Assembly (NCBI GenBank): GCA_023133485.1
Contig: JAGLWK010000038.1
Coordinates: forward strand, 25,352-89,351
Direction: 5' to 3'
DNA from: Bacteroidales bacterium
Lineage (GTDB): Bacteria > Bacteroidota > Bacteroidia > Bacteroidales > B39-G9
DNA length: 64,000 bases
Shown here piece after piece: positions 56,007-63,978 of the stretch. Within the stretch, counting starts at the first letter, position 1, and each line of letters starts with the position of its first letter. The notes under the pieces were generated by a model. The model had not been told where the DNA came from and ran no database searches. It worked only from the letters and a program-made list of their open reading frames with translations. The position numbers and the translations under genes were made by a program.

Positions 56007-56236
56007 TTGAATATCGAACACCGATTAACGAATAATGATATTAGAAGTTAATTAAGTATGAATAAATATGATTTACCTGCTTACACGTAGCTGTTTCGGC
56101 AAAGGCAGGGAAGAACGATTGATTTAATTTTCTGTTTTTGTAAAGAGTATTAAAACTGCACAAAAGAATCTGAATCAATGAAAAAATCATTATTCCTAAA
56201 TAAATCAAAAATCGGTGTTCGGTGTTCGATATTCAA
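56007..56236. repeat. inverted-repeat element of about 230 bp (ATATCGAACACCGAT word arms)
   Basis: The left arm TTGAATATCGAACACCGATTAACGAATAATGAT (56007-56039) pairs with AATCATTATTC...AATCGGTGTTC[GGTGTTC]GATATTCAA (56186-56236). The centre holds the hairpin CCTGC...GCAGG (56076-56109). Confidence 0.7.
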
Positions 56237-56350
56237 GGAAAGCAGATTAAACATTCATAACCAAAGACACATTGTAGATTTAATTTGGACACACAAAGAA
56301 TAAGCTAAATAAAAAATATAAATAGCTAAATATCAGATTAATATAAATAT

Positions 56351-56653
56351 ATGGAAAAAGAAAAATACACCTATACAGAAAAACAAAAACTTGCTGCCCG
56401 ATTTGCAAAAGCTATGGGACATCCTGTAAGAATATATATATTAGAATTATTATCAAAACAGTCTTGTTGTTACAGCGGTGATTTATCAGAAGTATTACCT
56501 ATTGCTAAATCAACACTTTCGCAACATCTGAAAGAATTAAAAAATGCAGGTTTAATTCAAGGTGAAATTGAGCCGCCTAAAATTAGATACTGTCTTAATA
56601 AAGAAAATTGGAAATTTGCTCAAAATCTTTTTAAAAAACTTTTAGATATATAA
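56351..56653 (+). CDS. ArsR/SmtB family transcriptional regulator
   Basis: FAKAMGHPVRIYILELL...CCYSGDLSEVLPIAKSTLSQHLKELKNAGLI is a winged HTH carrying a CC pair in the metal/metalloid-sensing position. Confidence 0.85.
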   Translation: MEKEKYTYTEKQKLAARFAKAMGHPVRIYILELLSKQSCCYSGDLSEVLPIAKSTLSQHLKELKNAGLIQGEIEPPKIRYCLNKENWKFAQNLFKKLLDI

Positions 56654-56670
56654 AATTTTTTATACTTTAG

Positions 56671-56686
56671 TTCGTAGTTTTACGAA
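56671..56686. promoter_or_regulatory. TTCGTA-N4-TACGAA palindrome, site 1
   Basis: TTCGTAGTTTTACGAA, between arsR and the thioredoxin-like gene. Shares the flanks TTTAGTTCGTA...TTTACGAAAT with site 2. Confidence 0.4.
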
Positions 56687-56708
56687 ATACGAATAATAAT
56701 TAAAATTT

Positions 56709-56948
56709 ATGAAAATGGAAATAAAAATTCTCGGGACAGGTTGCCCAAAGTGTAAAGTACTTGAAAAGCTCACAAGAGAAGTAGTTGCTGAAATAGGCAT
56801 AGAAGCAAATATCTCAAAAGTTGAAGATATCATACAAATAATGAATTACAGTGTGGTTTCTACCCCGGCACTTGTAATTGACGAAAAAGTGGTGTTAAAA
56901 GGATATGTTCCATCTGCAAAAGAAATTAAAAAATTATTAACCAACTAA
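56709..56948 (+). CDS. small thioredoxin-fold protein (redox-active disulfide protein 2 type)
   Basis: 79 aa. GTGCPKCK near the N-terminus and VVSTPALVIDEKVVLKG, typical of this family, which is usually found next to ArsP-like permeases. Confidence 0.8.
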   Translation: MKMEIKILGTGCPKCKVLEKLTREVVAEIGIEANISKVEDIIQIMNYSVVSTPALVIDEKVVLKGYVPSAKEIKKLLTN

Positions 56949-56960
56949 ATTTTATTAATA

Positions 56961-57383
56961 ATGAAAAAAATACCAAATATTTTATTCGTACTAATTTTCA
57001 CTTTGAATGCAGCAGCGTGTAATAGCTTACAAAGCAATGAAAATTTATCCAACGATGATGATACATCGAAAGTTAAAAATATTGAAGTTTATTATTTTCA
57101 CGGAACACGAAGATGTGCTACTTGTATTGCTGTTGGAGAAGTGTCAGGTGAATTAGTTAAAAGCAAATATGAAAATAATCCAAATGTGAAATTTATTGAA
57201 ATCAATATTGATGAAAAAGGAAATGAAGAATTAGCAGAAAAATTTCAGGTTTCAGGCTCAGGATTATATGTATATAATGGAAAAGATATTGAAAATGTTA
57301 CAGCATTTGCTTTTCAATATGCTCGAACAAATCCCGATAAATTAGAAAACAAGTTAATTGAGCTTATAAATAAGAATTTGTAA
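56961..57383 (+). CDS. secreted or lipoprotein thioredoxin-like CxxC protein (resembles what annotation pipelines label ArsF-family, by recollection)
   Basis: Signal peptide with NAAAC, then YYFHGTRRCATCIAVG (CxxC). Confidence 0.55.
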   Translation: MKKIPNILFVLIFTLNAAACNSLQSNENLSNDDDTSKVKNIEVYYFHGTRRCATCIAVGEVSGELVKSKYENNPNVKFIEINIDEKGNEELAEKFQVSGSGLYVYNGKDIENVTAFAFQYARTNPDKLENKLIELINKNL

Positions 57384-57387
57384 ATAA

Positions 57388-58086
57388 ATGGAATTTCTTC
57401 AAAATTGGTTCGGAAGTTCTCAATTGCCGTTTTTGTCAGCACTAATATTAGGATTAATGACTGCAATCAGTCCATGTCCATTGGCAACAAACATAACAGC
57501 AATTGCATTTATAGGGAAAGACATAAATAACAAACAAAAAGTTTTTACTAATGGCTTGATTTATACACTCGGACGAGCTATAACTTATACAGGATTAGGT
57601 CTGATTTTTTATTTCGGTGCAAGTCAGTTTCATATTTCCGGTTTTGTTCAAAAATGGGGAGAGAAACTTTTAGGTCCAATATTAATAATAATCGGATTGT
57701 TTATGATTGATATTATAAAAATTAATTTTCCCGGATTTAAAAAACTCACTAAGAAAATGGAACAAAAAAGTCAATCTGGCTTTTTGGGAGTATTGTTGTT
57801 AGGTATTGTCTTTGCTCTTGCTTTTTGTCCTTATAGCGGAGTATTATATTTCGGAATGTTAATACCAATAACAATTACAAGTGCATCAGGACTTTATTTG
57901 CCTTTGATTTTTGCTTTGGGAACGGGTTTACCTGTGATTATTTTTGCATGGTTTATTGCTTACACAGTTGGTGGAGTGGGTGGTGTTTATAATAAAGTCA
58001 AAATATTTGAGATATGGTTTCGCAGGCTTGTTTCCATAATTTTTATTGTAGTAGGATTATATTATTCAATAATCTATTTTTTATAA
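57388..58086 (+). CDS. CcdA/DsbD-type transmembrane thiol-disulfide electron transfer or efflux protein (ArsG-family-like, by recollection)
   Basis: Six TM helices, with conserved Cys-Pro in TM1 (AISPCPLATN) and a second one (AFCPYSG). Confidence 0.7.
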   Translation: MEFLQNWFGSSQLPFLSALILGLMTAISPCPLATNITAIAFIGKDINNKQKVFTNGLIYTLGRAITYTGLGLIFYFGASQFHISGFVQKWGEKLLGPILIIIGLFMIDIIKINFPGFKKLTKKMEQKSQSGFLGVLLLGIVFALAFCPYSGVLYFGMLIPITITSASGLYLPLIFALGTGLPVIIFAWFIAYTVGGVGGVYNKVKIFEIWFRRLVSIIFIVVGLYYSIIYFL

Positions 58087-58104
58087 AAATTTTTAACTTT
58101 TTAG

Positions 58105-58120
58105 TTCGTAAATTTACGAA
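58105..58120. promoter_or_regulatory. TTCGTA-N4-TACGAA palindrome, site 2 (perfect 16-nt palindrome)
   Basis: TTCGTAAATTTACGAA, between the CcdA-like gene and the CMD-family gene. Confidence 0.4.
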
Positions 58121-58161
58121 ATGATAAAAAAAACAATAAATAAATTTAAAATTAAATAATT

Positions 58162-58482
58162 ATGAGATTTCTATCAGAAAACTTTCCTGAATTTACAGAA
58201 ATGTTCGATAATCTTGATAAGATATACGAACAAAAAAGAATGATTGATGAAAAAACTTATCAGTTTATTTGTCTTGCTCTTGCAATAAAAGCTCGTTCGG
58301 CTCCTTGTGTAAAAAAACATTTTCACGGAGCAATTCAAGCAGGTGCAATACCAAAAGAAATTGCTTATATCATTGCCCTAACTATCAGAGAAAGTGCAGG
58401 TAATGATGATTGCTGGGTGCATGATATATTAGGAGATGTCAGGGAACTTCTAAAACCAAATGTGAAATGTTGTGAAAAATAA
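58162..58482 (+). CDS. carboxymuconolactone decarboxylase (AhpD-like) family protein
   Basis: 106 aa. The helical IALAIKARSAPCVKKHFHGAIQAGA (Cys/His in the AhpD-like position). C-terminal CC pair. Confidence 0.65.
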   Translation: MRFLSENFPEFTEMFDNLDKIYEQKRMIDEKTYQFICLALAIKARSAPCVKKHFHGAIQAGAIPKEIAYIIALTIRESAGNDDCWVHDILGDVRELLKPNVKCCEK

Positions 58483-58503
58483 ACAATTATAATTATCTGT
58501 AAA

Positions 58504-59799
58504 ATGGAATGGAAAAAAGAACTTAAAATTTTTGTTTGGCTCTTGGGCTTTTTCTTATTTGCTTATTTCATGCCAATCGGTACAGAAAGATTTAACAATG
58601 CCCTTTTAGAAGCATTTGAACTTTCAAAATGGTATGCACGGGAACATGTATTATTTTGTCTTGTTCCTGCATTTTTTATTGCCGGTGTAATAGCTGTTTT
58701 TGTAAGTCAGGGGGCAGTTATTAAATATTTTGGTGCAAAAGCAAAAAAATGGAAAGCATATCTTATTGCTTCACTATCAGGGACAATACTTGCAGTTTGC
58801 AGTTGCACAATTTTACCATTATTTTCAAGTATTCACAAACGTGGAGCAGGATTAGGTCCCGCTATAACGTTTTTATATTCAGGTCCTGCAATTAATATTC
58901 TGGCAATAATTCTCACTGCACGAATATTAGGATTTGAACTTGGTATAGCCCGAATTATTGGAGCGGTAATTTTTAGCGTTGTAATCGGTATAATTATGTC
59001 CTTAATATATCGTAAAGAAGAAAAAGAACGTGCTGACAAAATGGATTTTCCTGATGTTAAGGAAGAACGTCCGTTGTGGCAAACTTCATATCATTTTTTT
59101 GTATTGATATTTATTCTTGTATTTGCAAATTGGGGCAAACCCAATACTAACGAGGGATTTATGTTTTGGCTTTGGTCGTACAAATGGCAGATTACTGCAT
59201 TTTTCGGATTAATGTTTATTTATTCCCTGATAAAAATCCTGAAAATGAAACCTTTGTATGTTATATTTGCTGCAATTCCGGTTATAGCAATAGCCTTTAT
59301 TATTCCTACACAGCCTTTAATCCCATTTGTGATTGCAGTTATTGGATTAACAATTCTTACAATAATTACACCCGGCGAACCGCAAGATTGGTTAAGAGAA
59401 AGTTGGGGCTTTACAAAACAAATAATGCCTTTGCTTGCTGCCGGAGTTTTAATTGCCGGACTATTGCTCGGCACAGTTGACGGCGAAGGTATTATACCAA
59501 GTGAATGGGTTTCATCTCTAGTGGGTGGAAATTCAGTCTTTTCAAACTTTTTCGCATCCATTTTCGGGGCGTTTATGTATTTTGCTACTCTTACTGAAAT
59601 ACCAATAATTCAAGGCTTGCTAAACAACGGAATGGGACAAGGTCCGGCACTTGCATTGCTTTTGGCAGGTCCTGCACTATCATTACCTAACATGCTGGTT
59701 ATCCGTAGTGTAATCGGAACACAAAAAACTATTGTTTATGTAATATTGGTTTCAATTATGGCAACAATCAGCGGGTTGATTTATGGAGCAATTGTTTAA
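58504..59799 (+). CDS. UPF0718/ArsP-like permease
   Basis: About 10 TM helices with the vicinal cysteine motif AVCSCTILPLF, characteristic of this permease family. Confidence 0.8.
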   Translation: MEWKKELKIFVWLLGFFLFAYFMPIGTERFNNALLEAFELSKWYAREHVLFCLVPAFFIAGVIAVFVSQGAVIKYFGAKAKKWKAYLIASLSGTILAVCSCTILPLFSSIHKRGAGLGPAITFLYSGPAINILAIILTARILGFELGIARIIGAVIFSVVIGIIMSLIYRKEEKERADKMDFPDVKEERPLWQTSYHFFVLIFILVFANWGKPNTNEGFMFWLWSYKWQITAFFGLMFIYSLIKILKMKPLYVIFAAIPVIAIAFIIPTQPLIPFVIAVIGLTILTIITPGEPQDWLRESWGFTKQIMPLLAAGVLIAGLLLGTVDGEGIIPSEWVSSLVGGNSVFSNFFASIFGAFMYFATLTEIPIIQGLLNNGMGQGPALALLLAGPALSLPNMLVIRSVIGTQKTIVYVILVSIMATISGLIYGAIV

Positions 59800-59861
59800 A
59801 AAATAGGAAAAGTTAAATCGTGGATTTTGGCATTTTAGTATATCTTTACATTATCAACTAA

Positions 59862-60024
59862 AGGGAATCTCTAAAAATGTAAAGTTTAAGGCATAAGAAA
59901 TTTTACGCAGTCCCGATTGTGTTTTTTGTTGGTTTTTAAAATAAAAACCTTACAAAAACTACTTCGGGATGAGGATTTTAAAATTTTGCAATAACGCCGA
60001 AGTTTGCATTTTTAGAGGTTCCCT
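59862..60024. repeat. long nested inverted repeat upstream of dapD
   Basis: Outer arms are AGGGAATCTCTAAAAATGTAAAGTTT (59862-59887) and AAGTTTGCATTTTTAGAGGTTCCCT (60000-60024). The inner hairpin is GGTTTTTAAAATAAAAACC (59931-59949). Confidence 0.65.
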
Positions 60025-60039
60025 AAATTCATAAAAACA

Positions 60040-60858
60040 ATGAATAATAAGTATAAAGAGATTATAAATCAGGCATGGGATGAGCGTGGTTTGTTAAAAA
60101 ATACAAAAACACAGGAAACTATCAGGGAAATAATTGAACTTCTTGATAAAGGTAAAATAAGAATAGCTGAACCATTGTCAAACGGTTGGAAAGTAAACGA
60201 ATGGATAAAAAAAGCAGTTATTTTATATTTCCCTATACAAAAAATGGAAACTTCAGAAATTGGTCCCTTTGAATTTTTTGATAAAATACCTTTAAAAAAG
60301 GGATATAAAAAGCTTGGGATTAGGGTTGTTCCACATGCGATAGCCCGTTATGGCTCATATATCTCAAAAGGAGTTATTATGATGCCGTCATATATAAATA
60401 TTGGTGCTTATGTTGACGAAGGAACAATGATAGACACTTGGGCAACTGTTGGTTCATGTGCACAGATAGGAAAAAATGTACATATAAGCGGTGGTGTTGG
60501 AATTGGAGGAGTGCTCGAACCTGTTCAGGCTTCTCCTGTTATTATTGAAGATAATTGTTTTATAGGGTCAAGATGTATAATTGTTGAAGGTGTACATATT
60601 GAAAAGGAGGCTGTTCTCGGTGCAAATGTTGTGATAACAAAATCAACAAAAATTATTGATGTAACACAAAACAAATCAATTGAATACAAAGGAGTTGTTC
60701 CTGCACGGTCTGTAGTAATACCAGGTTCATATACAAAAAAATTTCCCGGGGGTAATTTTCAGGTTCCATGTGCTTTGATTATAGGACAACGCAAACAGTC
60801 AACCGATATAAAAACATCATTAAACAATGCATTAAGAGAATATGATGTTGCGGTATAA
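60040..60858 (+). CDS. dapD: 2,3,4,5-tetrahydropyridine-2,6-dicarboxylate N-succinyltransferase
   Basis: Left-handed beta-helix hexapeptide repeats (IGAYVDEGTMIDTWATVGSCAQIGKNVHISGGVGIGGVLEP) and the typical DapD N-terminal domain. Confidence 0.9.
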   Translation: MNNKYKEIINQAWDERGLLKNTKTQETIREIIELLDKGKIRIAEPLSNGWKVNEWIKKAVILYFPIQKMETSEIGPFEFFDKIPLKKGYKKLGIRVVPHAIARYGSYISKGVIMMPSYINIGAYVDEGTMIDTWATVGSCAQIGKNVHISGGVGIGGVLEPVQASPVIIEDNCFIGSRCIIVEGVHIEKEAVLGANVVITKSTKIIDVTQNKSIEYKGVVPARSVVIPGSYTKKFPGGNFQVPCALIIGQRKQSTDIKTSLNNALREYDVAV

Positions 60859-60900
60859 AATTAATTGTTTTTATGAATGAGTTGTACAGCATTTTGAGAA

Positions 60901-61494
60901 ATGACTACCATTGAAGAAAAATATAAAGAATTTCATAATATACCATTCCCAAAAGGATTGAGTGGAGAAGAAATATTGGGAATTGATTTGGTTATGCTTG
61001 ATGCTGACTCATCTGGACTTTTACAGAAATATATTGAATACAAAGGAAAGCTTACAAAATCTGACTTTGAATTACTTGAAAGACTTAATCTTGAATTAAA
61101 ATCTGTAACAAAAGAATTAAAAGGAATTGGACGAACTTACTTTTCGATTTTATGGAATTTATCGAACCAAGTCGTTTCAGAGTTAAATCATTCAAATAGA
61201 TTTTTGAAAAACAAGAAAGGCGAAAAACTTCATAAAAAGTGGAAAAAGGACTTCAAAATAATTAGAGAAATTTTAAATGATTGGGACCCACTTGGTATTG
61301 AAGATATGGTGGACGATGAATATGATGCTATAAACTTTTTAGCATATTCAGCATTGATTAACAAAGGTGAAATTGAAGAAATAAAAAAGACGATTAATGA
61401 CTACTTGACCAAATCAATGGAAATTTATGAGACTGATGAAAAGTTGGAAGAAATATCAATGAGAATAATAAACGCTGTACAACAACAAATATAG
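60901..61494 (+). CDS. hypothetical protein; the C-terminal half resembles small immunity/DUF1871-like domains
   Basis: ILNDWDPLGIEDMVDDEYDAINF matches the WDP.G...DEYD pattern seen in such proteins. No signal peptide. Confidence 0.4.
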   Translation: MTTIEEKYKEFHNIPFPKGLSGEEILGIDLVMLDADSSGLLQKYIEYKGKLTKSDFELLERLNLELKSVTKELKGIGRTYFSILWNLSNQVVSELNHSNRFLKNKKGEKLHKKWKKDFKIIREILNDWDPLGIEDMVDDEYDAINFLAYSALINKGEIEEIKKTINDYLTKSMEIYETDEKLEEISMRIINAVQQQI

Positions 61495-61582
61495 GGCATT
61501 TGGCGGATTTTACTATATTTGAAAATGAAGTGTAATTTAATCCCGTACTGCTTATAGCCTAATTCGCCAATAATATTTTTCA

Positions 61583-61649
61583 CCGCAAAAATTGCGGATA
61601 TAATTTGAATTGCGGTGAATAATATGTATATTTACCGCAAAAAATGCGG
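61583..61649. promoter_or_regulatory. repeated CCGCA-N5/6-TGCGG palindromes upstream of and overlapping the fic start
   Basis: CCGCAAAAATTGCGG (61583-61597), half-site TTGCGGTG (61610-61617), and CCGCAAAAAATGCGG (61635-61649). Confidence 0.4.
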
Positions 61650-62762
61650 AAAATGAAAATATATGTATATCAACAAGATAATTGGCCTGATTTTACCTGG
61701 AATAATGAGACTTTGCTGGTTCTGCTCGGTAAAGTAAGAAATTTGCAGGGAAAATTGATAGGTAAGATGGAATCGCTTGGATTTGAATTAAGAAGTGAGG
61801 CTACATTGGAAACCTTAACATTGGATGTATTAAAATCAACTGAAATTGAAGGTGAAATATTAAATCCTGAACAAGTACGCTCTTCAATAGCAAGACGTTT
61901 GGGAATGGATATTTCCGGTTTGGTATTTTCAGATAGAAATGTTGATGGTGTTGTAGATATGACGATAGATGCAACTCAGCATTATAAAAATCCTTTAACT
62001 GTCGAAAGATTGTTTGACTGGCATTCTGCTTTATTTCCAACCGGGAGAAGTGGTATGTATAAGATTATTGTAGGCAACTGGAGAGATGATTCTACTGGTC
62101 AGATGCAAGTTGTTTCAGGAGCAATGGGAAAGGAAAAGATTCATTATCAGGCACCATATGCTACCGATATAGAAAAGGAAATGAATGTATTTATTGACTG
62201 GTTTAATATTGAAGATAAACTTGACCCGGTAATAAAAGCAGGAGTGACTCATTTTTGGTTTGTAACAATACACCCGTTTGAAGATGGTAATGGACGGATT
62301 GCTCGTGCAATTACAGATATGTTACTCACAAGGGCAGATGGTATTTCTCAAAGATTTTACAGTATGTCTGCTCAAATTAGATTGGAGCGAAAGGAATATT
62401 ATAGTATTTTGGAAAAGTCTCAAAAAGGAACACTTGATATAACAGTTTGGTTGCAATGGTTTCTAAACTGTTTGATGAATTCATTAAAAACATCAGACCA
62501 AACACTTTCAAAAGTGCTTAATAAACACAAATTTTGGAATAAGTATGCAACAATAACTCTAAATAACAGGCAAATATTATTACTTAACAAATTATTAGAT
62601 GATTTCAATGGGAAATTAACTTCTTCAAAGTGGGCAAAAATTGCTAAATGTTCAGCAGATACAGCACTTCGCGATATTCAGGATTTAATAAATAAACAAA
62701 TATTACGAAAAGAACCAGCAGGAGGAAGAAGTACTAATTATGAGTTAAATGAAATAACTTAG
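61644..62762 (+). CDS. Fic family protein (class II, N-terminal inhibitory helix; DUF4172-type N-terminus, C-terminal wHTH)
   Basis: Fic motif HPFEDGNGRIAR. Upstream STEIEG fits the inhibitory (S/T)xxxE(G/N) motif. The N-terminus is YQQDNWPDFTW. The true start may be the ATG at 61653. Confidence 0.9.
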   Translation: MRKMKIYVYQQDNWPDFTWNNETLLVLLGKVRNLQGKLIGKMESLGFELRSEATLETLTLDVLKSTEIEGEILNPEQVRSSIARRLGMDISGLVFSDRNVDGVVDMTIDATQHYKNPLTVERLFDWHSALFPTGRSGMYKIIVGNWRDDSTGQMQVVSGAMGKEKIHYQAPYATDIEKEMNVFIDWFNIEDKLDPVIKAGVTHFWFVTIHPFEDGNGRIARAITDMLLTRADGISQRFYSMSAQIRLERKEYYSILEKSQKGTLDITVWLQWFLNCLMNSLKTSDQTLSKVLNKHKFWNKYATITLNNRQILLLNKLLDDFNGKLTSSKWAKIAKCSADTALRDIQDLINKQILRKEPAGGRSTNYELNEIT

Positions 62763-62922
62763 CAGATTTGAAAACAAAAAGCTTAGCAGGTAACACGCAA
62801 TTTGTTTCATGCCATATTCCAAACCTTGTATTCTCTGAAAAAACATTAAAAAATAAAAATTTATTATTATCAAAGTAAAATAAAATTTCGAATTTTATGT
62901 TTATTCTTTAAAACAACTATTA

Positions 62923-63978
62923 ATGCATATTAATTCGATTATAAGTATTATCCTTTGTTTAATAAGTCTTGAATTATTTTCTCAAACGGGAGGTGATAAT
63001 ATATATGATTTTTTGAACCTTACAAACTCTGCTCGTGTTGCTTCTCTCGGTGGCAATAATGTTTCAATTAAAGATAACGACCTTGATTTAACATTTCATA
63101 ATCCTTCATTGCTGAACAGTTCAATGGATAATCAATTAGCTTTGAACTATGTAAATTATTTTGCAGATATTAATTATGGTTATATTTCTTATGCAAGAGA
63201 TTCCAAAGAACACGGAACATTTGCAATTGGTTTACATCACATAAATTATGGCGAATTTACCGAGACTAATAATATAGGTGAAATTACAGGACAATTCAAT
63301 GCTGCCGAATATGCTTTAAATTTAATCTGGTCGAAACCTATTAACAGTTTATTTTCATTTGGAATTAATATCAAACCTATTTATTCTGAACTGGAAAAAT
63401 ACAAATCATATGGCATTGCCGCTGATGCAGGGGTAACATATTTTAACCCTGATTTACAACTATCCGCAGCATTAGTTCTTAAAAATTTTGGAAGGCAATT
63501 AACAACATATTATGAAAATAATTCAGAGCCTTTACCATTTGAAGTACAATTAGGAATATCAAAAAAGCTCCTTCATGCACCGTTTCGATTTTCAATGCTT
63601 GTTCATCATCTTGAAACATACGATTTGTCTTTCGAGGAAATTAATGACCCTGAACCTACTAACTCATCAGAATACTCTGATACATTAATAGTTAAACATG
63701 GTGATAAGTTTTTTGATAACATATTACGACATATGATTTTCGGTGTAGAATTATTACCAACAAAAAACTTTTCAGTAAGATTCGGATATAATTTTAAACG
63801 CCGTAGAGAATTATTAATAACTTCAAAACCGGGAGGAGCAGGATTATCATGGGGCGTTGGATTTCGAATTTCAAAATTTCATTTTAATTACGGAAGAGCA
63901 ACATATCATTTAGCCGGTCCTTCAAATCATTTTTCTATTAATACCAACCTGTCCGACTTTTATAAAAAGACTAAATAA
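62923..63978 (+). CDS. porQ: type IX secretion system protein PorQ-like outer-membrane barrel
   Basis: Signal peptide, then SQTGGDNIYDFLNLTNSARVASLGGNNVSIKDNDLDLTFHNPSLL, and beta-barrel periodicity. 351 aa. Confidence 0.7.
   Translation: MHINSIISIILCLISLELFSQTGGDNIYDFLNLTNSARVASLGGNNVSIKDNDLDLTFHNPSLLNSSMDNQLALNYVNYFADINYGYISYARDSKEHGTFAIGLHHINYGEFTETNNIGEITGQFNAAEYALNLIWSKPINSLFSFGINIKPIYSELEKYKSYGIAADAGVTYFNPDLQLSAALVLKNFGRQLTTYYENNSEPLPFEVQLGISKKLLHAPFRFSMLVHHLETYDLSFEEINDPEPTNSSEYSDTLIVKHGDKFFDNILRHMIFGVELLPTKNFSVRFGYNFKRRRELLITSKPGGAGLSWGVGFRISKFHFNYGRATYHLAGPSNHFSINTNLSDFYKKTK

Noticed and set aside
59800-60039. Lysine riboswitch (L-box) in front of dapD
   Set aside because: The region folds as one long nested hairpin rather than a five-helix junction. 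I see none of the conserved L-box core sequences I remember. An inverted-repeat element or leader hairpin is more consistent.
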